This document shows, piece after piece, positions 38,300-47,490 of a stretch of DNA of 51,485 bases. The stretch comes from Candidatus Woesearchaeota archaeon. Its GTDB lineage: Archaea > Nanobdellota > Nanobdellia > Woesearchaeales > DSVV01. The position numbers were made by a program, and so were the translations under genes. The stretch covers positions 1-51,485 of the forward strand of contig JAGVYW010000042.1 in NCBI GenBank assembly GCA_018303075.1, in the 5' to 3' direction. Positions within the stretch are counted from its first letter, which is position 1; the number at the start of each line of letters is the position of its first letter. The notes under the pieces were generated by a model. The model made no database searches. It was not told the origin of the DNA and was given only the letters and a program-made list of their open reading frames with translations.

Positions 38300-40480
38300 A
38301 TGGAAATAGAAATCAGAGAAACAACAAAAAGAAGAAGAATAAACAAGAAATCACAGATATTCATGATGTTATTAGTCTTTGTTACTCTAACAACTATAAT
38401 TTCTATCTATTTTGTACTTTCTGAAAAAAGAGCAAATGTTAAAAATGATTTTGGAAAAGAAAGCATGAATCTTATAAGTGGATATCAAGAAGAACAGAAA
38501 TTACTGCATACAATCCAACTGCAAGCTAAATTTGCATATTATCAATCAGTATATGACCTTGGATTGTCTGGAGGAGTTGGGATTGAAAATAATTGCGGTA
38601 AATACAGAGGATTTATCAATTATTATAATGATCCTGAACTTCAGCAATGTTTACCTTTGACTCCAGAAAAAGAATTGGCTGCGCTGATGAATAAAGAGAT
38701 GAGATTTGTTGAAGAAGGAATTGATGGAAACAAAGTAAGTGTATTTTATAATACTGAACTGAAAGATAATTATATAATTGGAAAGGCAAATGGATCAATT
38801 GCATATACATATGATAGTACAAATCAAGTATTAAATCTTGGTTCAATTGAAGTCAAACAATTATCTCCAGATGAATATGCACAGTTATACCATCCTAATA
38901 CAATTGGAAGTCCAAGCGGCAGTGGTGTTAAACAATTTCCAACTTGCGATAAAACAGAAGATGTAATCATTGAGCTTTCTAATGAAAAAGAAAAGCCAGA
39001 AAACCAAGTGAATTATGGAAGAATATGGATTCCAGCTGAAGCTTTGTGCGGAGGAGAATTTCCATTGCTAATAATGCTGCACGGACATTCACGACCAGAA
39101 ATTGCTTATATTGGAGAAAAGGCAGGATACCGTGTTGATAAAGATGTAAGGATATTAATAAACGAAAGGAAGATTTATCCTGTAATCCTTGCTGCACCTC
39201 TTGGAATAAAAACAACTAAAGGCACTCCTTGGCCAGCTGGACAATTAGATATTGACAAATATATTGCAAGAATACAAGAAGAAGTAAAAAAACATAATCC
39301 TAAAATTGCAATAAGCAAAGTTGGAATGACAGGACATAGTGCTGCAAATTGTTATACAAATACGGCATTACAATATTATCCCGCAAAATATAATTTTTAT
39401 TTTGTTGGTTCTGCAGATGGAACATGCGGTAATTTTAAGAATGCAGTTGGAACTGATAATTATGCACAGGAGATCACACAAAAGATTGGAAAAAAGGATA
39501 CAATATATGTTTTAATGCATCGCAATAGCGAGAGAGGAGACCAATCATCAGAAGCATTTATGACAGAAAACAGCGCTGATGATTCAGCTGATAGTATTGC
39601 AAAAGATAATTATGTTTCTGTTGTAAAGAAAAATAATAGGGAATATTATAGATATCTGCTAGACCCACAGAAATATAGACATGATACTGTACCAAAAATT
39701 ATGATAATTGAGATTTTGCAGAGGTTTTTTACATTAGAAAAGGTTGGTAGCATTGCTCCTTATGCTGCTGTTTATCAGGATATACAATTAGGAAGTTTGG
39801 GATGTAAGAGAACACAATATAATATAAATAGTGAATCAATTGGTACACCTAATTGCGGTGCTTTGAAGAATGCAGTTTTGTTTGTAAGGAATACAGATTA
39901 TTATAAATCTGATCACGACACTAAAAAAGCATATGCAACTGTTGAATTAGTTAATATTATTGAGGATATTGGCTGTGTGCTGACTGCAAAAAGTAACTAT
40001 GGGCCGCAAGGAAAAGTTGCTGTTGGACAAACAAGCTATGAATATGGAGGAAAATTATATGCTCATTCGTCGCATCAGAGCGGAAGGGATGCCGATATTG
40101 GATTTTTCTTCAGAGATAAAAAACAGCAATTGGTTAGTATGCAGACTGTGATGGTTAATACAAAGACAAATGCTGTTGATCCACGTTTTGACTTAGAAGC
40201 TAATTGGCTGTTCGTAAGAGAATTTTTTAAACATGATTTAGCAGAGAGTATTTTTATTTATGGTGCATTAGAAGACGCACTTATTGCTTATGCAGAACAA
40301 CATAATGAAGATAAATCATTGATTGAAAAAGCTAAACAAAAAATGGTTGGCGGGTATGAAGAATTAGGTCATGATCATAGAGATCATTATCATATCAGGA
40401 TTAAATGCCCACACGGAGATAATTTATGTAAAACTAAATATAAGAAATGTGATAATTATTATATTGCTCAGGCGAAATGA
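38300..40480 (+). CDS. Pilin-like protein with alpha/beta-hydrolase-like domain and C-terminal MepA-type murein endopeptidase
   Basis: INKKS/QIFMMLLVFVTL. FPLLIMLHG and TGHSAA. YATVELV, HSSHQSGRDAD (H-x6-D) and HRDHYHIRIKCP (HxH). Confidence 0.85.
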   Translation: MEIEIRETTKRRRINKKSQIFMMLLVFVTLTTIISIYFVLSEKRANVKNDFGKESMNLISGYQEEQKLLHTIQLQAKFAYYQSVYDLGLSGGVGIENNCGKYRGFINYYNDPELQQCLPLTPEKELAALMNKEMRFVEEGIDGNKVSVFYNTELKDNYIIGKANGSIAYTYDSTNQVLNLGSIEVKQLSPDEYAQLYHPNTIGSPSGSGVKQFPTCDKTEDVIIELSNEKEKPENQVNYGRIWIPAEALCGGEFPLLIMLHGHSRPEIAYIGEKAGYRVDKDVRILINERKIYPVILAAPLGIKTTKGTPWPAGQLDIDKYIARIQEEVKKHNPKIAISKVGMTGHSAANCYTNTALQYYPAKYNFYFVGSADGTCGNFKNAVGTDNYAQEITQKIGKKDTIYVLMHRNSERGDQSSEAFMTENSADDSADSIAKDNYVSVVKKNNREYYRYLLDPQKYRHDTVPKIMIIEILQRFFTLEKVGSIAPYAAVYQDIQLGSLGCKRTQYNINSESIGTPNCGALKNAVLFVRNTDYYKSDHDTKKAYATVELVNIIEDIGCVLTAKSNYGPQGKVAVGQTSYEYGGKLYAHSSHQSGRDADIGFFFRDKKQQLVSMQTVMVNTKTNAVDPRFDLEANWLFVREFFKHDLAESIFIYGALEDALIAYAEQHNEDKSLIEKAKQKMVGGYEELGHDHRDHYHIRIKCPHGDNLCKTKYKKCDNYYIAQAK

Positions 40481-41586
40481 AAATGAAAAAAAACAACCAG
40501 AAAAAAAGAATAAGCAGGCATATCACACTATTGTCAATTATACTTCTCTTCCCTATGACTCTGTTTTTATCTCATATTGTTTCTGCTGAACCACAACTGT
40601 TAATTAGCATTGATAATGATAATCATCTTGAAGATTTCCAAGTAATTGCAAACAATGATTATTATGGAGAAAAATATTATCCTTTGCTTGCTGAAGAATA
40701 TGGTGAGGAGATTTTAGTAGAGCCTAAGAAATTTCATTATAGAGCAAGATTAAACAATGTAGAATTTTCTCAACTAAATAACAGATTTGCATTATCATTA
40801 AATCCGAAAACAACAACCATAAAAATATTTGATGATAATCTTGTTGTGAGTAATAATGATAATAATAAGAATGCAATTTTCATCAAACAAATCTCTTTCT
40901 GCAACAACAATAATATTTGTGAACCTTGCGAAGGTGTTGATTGTAATCTAATGGAATCTTCTTTGACGTGCAGTGATTGTAAAACAGGGGAGAAAGATTT
41001 AGTTTGTGATTTAATATATGATGGAATATGTGATCCGGATTGTGAAGATAAGGATAAAGACTGCAGCAGCTGCAATGAGAATGAAAATAATTGCTATGAA
41101 TATAACGAAGAAACACAATGCTCTGAAGAATATAATGGAAAAACATGTTTTTTTGGAAAAAGCTGCGCTGAAGGAGATGGTGTAACAATTGGAGATACTT
41201 TGTGCTGTCCAAACAGTTATTGTATAACTTCTTTTTTTTCAATGAATGAAAAAAAAGAGATTGAGAAAACAGAAGAAAAACAAAATGAAGAAAAAGAGAT
41301 ACAATTTACAGATCAAACTGCAATAAATAAAAAACAATCATTTATTGTTTATTTTGTGCTTATTGGAGTGTTAATTGCTGCAGTATTATCATTATCCATC
41401 TATTTTATCAGAAAGCTGTACAAATCAAAAATGCTAGTGATTGAGATTCAACGATTGAAAAATATAAACAGATATAGTTATGCAGAGATTAAAGTATATC
41501 TAGAGAAGCAAGGATATAAAAAAGGAGATATTGATTTAGCAATACAACAACATTATCTGTATGATAAGAATGTTAAGAATCACTAA
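40477..41586 (+). CDS. Exported Cys-rich protein with C-terminal TM anchor and cytoplasmic tail
   Basis: Signal peptide, CNNNNICEP...DGICDPDC..DKDC, TM FIVYFVLIGVLIAAVLSLSIYFI. ATGA overlap with upstream gene. Confidence 0.8.
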   Translation: MKMKKNNQKKRISRHITLLSIILLFPMTLFLSHIVSAEPQLLISIDNDNHLEDFQVIANNDYYGEKYYPLLAEEYGEEILVEPKKFHYRARLNNVEFSQLNNRFALSLNPKTTTIKIFDDNLVVSNNDNNKNAIFIKQISFCNNNNICEPCEGVDCNLMESSLTCSDCKTGEKDLVCDLIYDGICDPDCEDKDKDCSSCNENENNCYEYNEETQCSEEYNGKTCFFGKSCAEGDGVTIGDTLCCPNSYCITSFFSMNEKKEIEKTEEKQNEEKEIQFTDQTAINKKQSFIVYFVLIGVLIAAVLSLSIYFIRKLYKSKMLVIEIQRLKNINRYSYAEIKVYLEKQGYKKGDIDLAIQQHYLYDKNVKNH

Positions 41587-41625
41587 TCGTGCTTTTTAAC
41601 ATTACTTTGAAAAAGGACCGAAAAC

Positions 41626-44600
41626 ATGAAATATAGCTTTGAGACAAATAGCTTCAAGACAAAAACAAGAAAAATACTGCAATTTTTGTTAGCTACTGCT
41701 TTCCTGCTATTATGTACTGCTTTTGCCATAGCAGATGATTTTAATTTTGCTGTAATTACAGATACAAATATTGGTATAGGAAGTATTGTATTAGCTAAAC
41801 AAAGTGATGCAGTTGTCAGTTCTATTATTCATTCTCCACAAAAGATTGATTTTGTCATTCACTTAGGCAATATGGTTGCTGGAAGCAGCAGTACAACAGC
41901 AGAAGATGCTGAGAAGATGTGGCAGGAATATAATCAAAAAATTGTTTCACAACTTTCTGATAAACAAATAGGAATATTGCTTATCGCTAATCAACAAGAC
42001 AAAGCAAATGTAGCATCAGAAAATAATTATATCAATATGTTTAAGTCAACAAAACATGATTTTGCATCCTCAGCAGCTGTAAAAGAGAATTACGCATTTG
42101 TGTATAAGGATAATTTATTTATTGTCTTACAATATGATAAGAATATTGACAAAAGCTGGCTGAAAGAGCAACTAGAAAAGAATTATCAAACAGTTGATCA
42201 TGTGTTTGTATTCTCTGTAAATGAATTTGCTGCAATTGCAAAAGAAAAAACAGCTGCTATTAGCTGCAATAACTGCAATGAGCTATTTGCTGCACTTGAC
42301 AGCTATAGCAATAAATATGGCAATAAAATAACCTTGTTTACATCATCATCTCAAGTATATTTTAAAGGAGATTACAAAGGATATGATGTTGTCTCTGTCG
42401 GAGCAATTGATGAACCACACACAATAATTGGTGTCAATGAACGGCAGAAAGCTGTGTATAGTGTTGTTGCTGTCAATGATAAGAATAAAATTATCTATGG
42501 TGTTGAAGAACCATTTGACCATTGGTTTTATGAATGCAGAAATCTGCCATTAATACAGCCAAAAGGATATGATAAATTTAATGGGATTATCACTGGATGC
42601 CAGCAGATTGAAGGAGAAAGTGAGGATGGAAAAGGAATCAATAAAAAATATGGTTTGACACAGTCACCATGCATTATTCCACCACAATTTGAGGGATATG
42701 AAGAATATACCAGAAAAAGAGGATTGAACATAAACAGCTTTAATGAAAAACATCCTGAATATGATGCAATTATATTAGAGGCATCACAGAAATTTAATGT
42801 ACCTTTTGAATTGATCAAAGCAATCATAATGGAAGAATCTGGAGGAAATCCATTTCCATCAAAAGAATCTCTTGGTGGAAAAATATGCAATAAGAATGGA
42901 TGCTTATGCAATGAACAAGGATATTGTGGATTGATGGGAACTGGATTAGATTATGTTTGCTTGACTCAAGCAGAATGTAATAAAGAAGCATTTATCAAAG
43001 GAAGTGTTAAAGACCAGATTTTTGCAGGAACAGCAATCCTTCAAAGAATAATAAAGAAAAAAAGCTGCAAACTTGATAATAAAAATCTGCTTGAAGATAT
43101 TAATAACCCGCAATATATTATGCATTTATTTGGATGCTATGGAAAAGGTATTGCTGATAATAAAGAATATTGTGAAAGAGAAAAAAAGCCGTGCGGTTAT
43201 CCTGTTTTCCTTCGCAGAGCAATGCAAAAAAACGGTAAACCTTTGGAAAAGATTACTCCAATAGATATTGCCACTGTAACAACAACTGCAAATGCTATTG
43301 TGCATAGTTACATAAAAGAGATCAAATTAGACCTATGTAAAAAAGGAGTTATCAATGATCAAATAACACATCCTATTAATCAGAATCTTATTGCAGTACA
43401 AGGCCAGTCCGCATTAGCTAAGGTAGGAGTAGCAAAAGGAGTTTCAACTGTGTATTATCTAACACCAAACTTTAGAATTCCTATTGATAATTCACTTAAT
43501 GATTATAAAACAATACGAGAGGCAGCAACTCAGCTAGTAACTGAAATCAATGACTGCAGAAGCCATGGTAATAATGTTGAGAATTGTTTTAGTATAAGCA
43601 TCAATAATCAAAAATATAAAACACTTGGAATTACAGCTGACAATCTACTATGTAAAGAGAATAAACTTGACAAATTCATCTATGATTCAATCGAGAATAT
43701 GAAAACATGCTCTAAATTAATTAATAAAAAGTGCTCTATAAATATTCCTTTACAATATCCTGGGGATGCAAAACTTGATGAAAATGAAATTGCATTTGTT
43801 TTTTCATCAGCAGATGAAAAAACAACTCTTGTTTCTGTGTTTGTCAATAATATTCTATATACTACTGATAAAATAAGCGGAAGTTTGGCTTTGTTTGAAG
43901 ACTTAATTGCACAACCTGAGTTTAAAGATGTAAAAAATGCAACAATATTATTGCAGTATGATAAATATCAATTTAAGAGAAGTATATTAGCATTTACTTT
44001 TGAAAATAAAAATACTAATCTTGATGAGAATAAAGAAGAGAATAAAGATTATAATTATCAGTTTGCTCTTCGAGACAAAATAATCTCATTTGTTTTTGAT
44101 CAAGATAATAAATTGAGTTTCTTTAGTGATAAACTGACACAACCATATATTGCTTTTGCTGAAGCACAACAGCAAGAAATTGAAGAGCTACAAAATCTAA
44201 AGAAAGGATTTAAGTTATGCTATTTGAGCAGAAATACAATGTATGCAAATAGTATGTTTGATGCTACTGCTGAAGATACTGCTTATTATGAAAAGAATCT
44301 ACGCTATCCTACAAGACTAAGAAATCTTGTGTACAGATTTGCACTGCTGTTTGATATTTCACAAGCAATTCCACATACAAGTATTGTTGTAAGTGATCTG
44401 CAAAAAGCAGAAAAAACTGTGCTTGTGAAGTTTAATAAACCTAGTACTCCTGTCAAATATTATACATTGTTTTTTTCTGCTGATAAAAATAGTTTAGAGC
44501 TGCCTACTAATGAATTGATGAAAAAAGATAGTGTTATGAAGATTATTCTTGATCCAAGCACAGCAAAAACAGCAAGCGTTGATGATTATACTTTGCCTGG

Positions 44601-45207
44601 AAATGAAATCATTGCTGGCAGATTGTATTATAATTTTATAGAGAATATGTATTTCATTGCAATTACTGTTGATGATGAATCCAAACAATATTATTTTGCT
44701 GTTGCTGGAATGAGTGTTAATAATAAAGAACCAAATAATGTTGATGCTGATCAAAAACTTGAGATTGTTGAAGGAAGTTCTGCTGATGACTTAGCACCAA
44801 TGCCTCCTGAAGTTGTTGTAATTGAAGGAAATATTGCTGCAGATGAATATGAAGAACAAGAGGAAGAACAGGAGGAGATTAACAGTAATATTATAATTGC
44901 TGCTCCAATGCAAGGAAAGATTACAGCTGCTTTGGATAGTGTTATAGATAATAGCAATCCTAACTATCTGCTTACTGATTTAGATGGATATTTTGCTGTG
45001 ATATATGAAAATAAAGCTGATGCTTCATTGAAGCTTACTAAAGAAAATTGTAATACTGAAAATAACTGCCAATTAGTCTCTGCTGTGCTGCCTGAAAATA
45101 AAGATAGATTTGAGATAGAATTTAATGGATTAAATGATGATACTAAATATATGGTTGTTGTGTATGCTGTTGATACTTCTGGAAATTATTTAGAGATTGC
45201 TAAATAA
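41626..45207 (+). CDS. Secreted multidomain protein: degenerate metallophosphoesterase + SLT lytic transglycosylase + FN3-like C-terminus
   Basis: Sec signal. FAVITDTN, HLGNMV and ANQQD (degenerate). YDAIILEASQKFNVPFELIKAIIMEESGGNP, GLMG and QIFAGTAIL. YYFAVAG and YMVVVYAVDTSGN. Confidence 0.8.
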   Translation: MKYSFETNSFKTKTRKILQFLLATAFLLLCTAFAIADDFNFAVITDTNIGIGSIVLAKQSDAVVSSIIHSPQKIDFVIHLGNMVAGSSSTTAEDAEKMWQEYNQKIVSQLSDKQIGILLIANQQDKANVASENNYINMFKSTKHDFASSAAVKENYAFVYKDNLFIVLQYDKNIDKSWLKEQLEKNYQTVDHVFVFSVNEFAAIAKEKTAAISCNNCNELFAALDSYSNKYGNKITLFTSSSQVYFKGDYKGYDVVSVGAIDEPHTIIGVNERQKAVYSVVAVNDKNKIIYGVEEPFDHWFYECRNLPLIQPKGYDKFNGIITGCQQIEGESEDGKGINKKYGLTQSPCIIPPQFEGYEEYTRKRGLNINSFNEKHPEYDAIILEASQKFNVPFELIKAIIMEESGGNPFPSKESLGGKICNKNGCLCNEQGYCGLMGTGLDYVCLTQAECNKEAFIKGSVKDQIFAGTAILQRIIKKKSCKLDNKNLLEDINNPQYIMHLFGCYGKGIADNKEYCEREKKPCGYPVFLRRAMQKNGKPLEKITPIDIATVTTTANAIVHSYIKEIKLDLCKKGVINDQITHPINQNLIAVQGQSALAKVGVAKGVSTVYYLTPNFRIPIDNSLNDYKTIREAATQLVTEINDCRSHGNNVENCFSISINNQKYKTLGITADNLLCKENKLDKFIYDSIENMKTCSKLINKKCSINIPLQYPGDAKLDENEIAFVFSSADEKTTLVSVFVNNILYTTDKISGSLALFEDLIAQPEFKDVKNATILLQYDKYQFKRSILAFTFENKNTNLDENKEENKDYNYQFALRDKIISFVFDQDNKLSFFSDKLTQPYIAFAEAQQQEIEELQNLKKGFKLCYLSRNTMYANSMFDATAEDTAYYEKNLRYPTRLRNLVYRFALLFDISQAIPHTSIVVSDLQKAEKTVLVKFNKPSTPVKYYTLFFSADKNSLELPTNELMKKDSVMKIILDPSTAKTASVDDYTLPGNEIIAGRLYYNFIENMYFIAITVDDESKQYYFAVAGMSVNNKEPNNVDADQKLEIVEGSSADDLAPMPPEVVVIEGNIAADEYEEQEEEQEEINSNIIIAAPMQGKITAALDSVIDNSNPNYLLTDLDGYFAVIYENKADASLKLTKENCNTENNCQLVSAVLPENKDRFEIEFNGLNDDTKYMVVVYAVDTSGNYLEIAK

Positions 45208-45266
45208 GAATTGATAAAGCAACTAGAATCTGAATATTACAATAAACATGTGTTTTGAATAACATA

Positions 45267-45320
45267 ATAAAAAACTCCCTTCGGTCGTTTTTTATCAGTA
45301 AAATGAGCGAAGCGTGATTT
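45267..45320. repeat. Two adjacent hairpins of the TC-NN-TTC-N'N'-TC family in opposite orientation
   Basis: ATAAAAAAC-TCCCTTCGGTC-GTTTTTTAT (45267-45295) and AAAT-GAGCGAAGCGT(g)-ATTT (45301-45320), between convergent genes. Confidence 0.85.
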
Positions 45321-45334
45321 CTTATATTCTTATC

Positions 45335-46384
45335 TTATAGATTAGTAATTGAAGGCATATTAGGGATATTGTTTGGCATAGATTGTAATTCTTTTTCGAG
45401 CTTTTTCATCTCATCCTCAGGATTAATATCTGTGAAAACAAAATTGCTGATAAATTCCAGACGATCAAACATCATGTTCTTTGAGGTTTTGCCTACCACT
45501 TTAATCATCTCACCCAGCAGATCATTCTTTACTTTTGCAAATGATTCAGGAGATTCTTTGAATAAAAGAATCTCCTCTTCCTCTTTTTTGAGAAGCTTTT
45601 TTACCTGATTTTTAAAAAAAACAACCCTGATATTATCTGTACCATCATCAAGGAAAAGATTAACAACATAGGAATACCCGTGCTGTACTGTACCATGTTC
45701 ATTACAGACAAAACCAGATTCTTTTGCTGAAACTTTTTTGCCACAATTAGGACATATCTCAAAAAACTTTATATCAAACACCTGTACAATAGTACCAACC
45801 AACTCAATATTTGTTTCATTTTCTTTTAGATCATGTATCCTTTTCCTTGTAAAATCATACTTCTTTTGCTGCTGCTGCGAAAGCTGAGCAACTGCCACAT
45901 TTGGTGGATTGATAAAAAGCTTGCTTTTTTCATTGAGATGCAGTTCTTTAAAGCCATTGTTCTCTTTAATATAACCTGAAAGCAATTTGATTACATCATT
46001 TTCCTTAAGAACATCAAAGTCTTTTGTAAGAGCATGCCAAAGAACTACTCTTATCTGACCTGTTTCATCTGCTGCAAGAAAACTTGCAACTTTGCCTTGT
46101 ATCTCTCCTCTTTGGAATTCCCTTAAAGTATATTTCTTTGCTACACGAGCATTTAATTCAATGTTACGCATACCTGCAACAAGATCTTTTATCTTGATTG
46201 CGCCAGATGCTTGAACTAGACGTATACCTAAGTCATTTGCAACAATATGTGCAGCACCTTCTTCAGAAATTAAACCAGCCAATTGTGTCATCTTTTGCTT
46301 GATTTTTTCACGAATCTCATCTTCTGAAAGCTGTGATTTTTCCTTAATCTTTTCAATAATTGTATGTAAAGGCATCGATGTCAT
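45335..46384 (-). CDS. Replication protein A-like ssDNA-binding protein (OB folds + Zn ribbon)
   Basis: GLISEEGAAHIVA N-terminus, DETGQIRVVLW, CPNCGKKV..CNEHG, LDDGTDNIRVVFF. Confidence 0.9.
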   Translation of the reverse strand: MTSMPLHTIIEKIKEKSQLSEDEIREKIKQKMTQLAGLISEEGAAHIVANDLGIRLVQASGAIKIKDLVAGMRNIELNARVAKKYTLREFQRGEIQGKVASFLAADETGQIRVVLWHALTKDFDVLKENDVIKLLSGYIKENNGFKELHLNEKSKLFINPPNVAVAQLSQQQQKKYDFTRKRIHDLKENETNIELVGTIVQVFDIKFFEICPNCGKKVSAKESGFVCNEHGTVQHGYSYVVNLFLDDGTDNIRVVFFKNQVKKLLKKEEEEILLFKESPESFAKVKNDLLGEMIKVVGKTSKNMMFDRLEFISNFVFTDINPEDEMKKLEKELQSMPNNIPNMPSITNL

Positions 46385-46452
46385 AGTAAAGCACTTTTTC
46401 AAATTTATTTCAATTGTATAAAAGTAGAATTCTTGGAATGTTTATATAGTTT

Positions 46453-46534
46453 ATTAATTTTGAGCAAGAGCCATAATTTGGTAAGACAAATTAATTTTGA
46501 GCAAGAGCCATAATTTGGTAAGACAAATTAATTT
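46453..46534. repeat. Exact 37-bp tandem duplication plus 8-bp partial third copy
   Basis: (ATTAATTTTGAGCAAGAGCCATAATTTGGTAAGACAA)x2 + ATTAATTT. Confidence 0.95.
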
Positions 46535-46998
46535 ACGGCTTCTTCAACTTCTGCTTTTATATGATGTACTATTTGTTTTAGGTGCTGGCAAAGCTGCAAT
46601 GCCTGCTCAGTATCATCCTGCTTATTAGCTTCAATTTCCTGGATTAATGCATTAGACTGCTTGAGCTTTGCCATGAGATCGTCTTTGTTAAGAGATTTCT
46701 TATCATAGATTGCAGCAATCTCGTCATATTGCTTTGAAATTGCTGCGAGCATTGCATTTGCTTCATCAAGAACATCATCAATATCTGATGCTAATAACTT
46801 TCTTACTTTCTTTTCCTCTTGCTCTGCTTTTTTATAGTCTTCTTTTTTTATCTGTTTTTTTATTATATCATCTTCTTTTTCATACTGAGAATTGTTTTTT
46901 GCAAGATTCTCATCTTTCTCCTGCTTTTCTAATTTTTTTAAACGTTCTTCTTCCTCTTTGAGCTTCTCTTTTTTACTGAATATGCTGAAAATGCCCAT
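46528..46998 (-). CDS. Hypothetical charged coiled-coil protein
   Basis: 156-aa ORF beginning MGIFSIFSKK, similar to the MGILSVFKKK start of 16319-16774. Confidence 0.7.
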   Translation of the reverse strand: MGIFSIFSKKEKLKEEEERLKKLEKQEKDENLAKNNSQYEKEDDIIKKQIKKEDYKKAEQEEKKVRKLLASDIDDVLDEANAMLAAISKQYDEIAAIYDKKSLNKDDLMAKLKQSNALIQEIEANKQDDTEQALQLCQHLKQIVHHIKAEVEEAVN

Positions 46999-47019
46999 AT
47001 TGAAGATACCCTTATATTT

Positions 47020-47490
47020 CTATCTAATTAAATAATATCTATTCTTGACAAATAAGTATGATATTAATCCATAGAGTATAATTATCATCAATTGAGTTAT
47101 CAAGAAAAGGTTTGCTATCTGATCAATTGAAAGCAGAGCTGAAAATGACTGCAAGTAATAGTGCTTTATATTGAATATAACTTCATTCTTTAATATAAAA
47201 TAACTTATTAATGAAAGGATAGTATTTATTCCTAGAACAATAAAAAGATAATTTGCAAAATAAGCTAGTTTATTTTTTTGCAATATCAAATAAATGGAAA
47301 TTAATAATAATGCTGTTAAAACATAAATAATCGCTGAAGCTGTGAATCCTTTATAAAAGATAATTCCAGCAAAAATGAAAAAAGGGGATCTTAATAGATG
47401 AAGAAAGATTATAACTGCTATGAAAAGCAAAAATATCAATAATTTTGTTTCTTTGGGAATCTTTTTATCTGAATTGAATAATTTCATCAT
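47020..47490 (-). CDS. Hypothetical membrane protein (about 4 TM)
   Basis: Hydrophobic 156-aa ORF overlapping the upstream stop (ATGA). Confidence 0.65.
   Translation of the reverse strand: MMKLFNSDKKIPKETKLLIFLLFIAVIIFLHLLRSPFFIFAGIIFYKGFTASAIIYVLTALLLISIYLILQKNKLAYFANYLFIVLGINTILSLISYFILKNEVIFNIKHYYLQSFSALLSIDQIANLFLITQLMIIILYGLISYLFVKNRYYLIR

Noticed and set aside
35870-45207. PG-hydrolase genes as a prophage lysis cassette or bacterial contamination
   Set aside because: No holin, capsid, terminase or integrase genes are present. The enzymes are fused to archaeal-type class III or Sec signals, and the flanks (RPA, MNT-like HTH) are archaeal with similar composition.
46453-46534. 37-bp repeat as a CRISPR array
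   Set aside because: The units are directly adjacent with no spacer, there are only two copies, and no cas genes are present.
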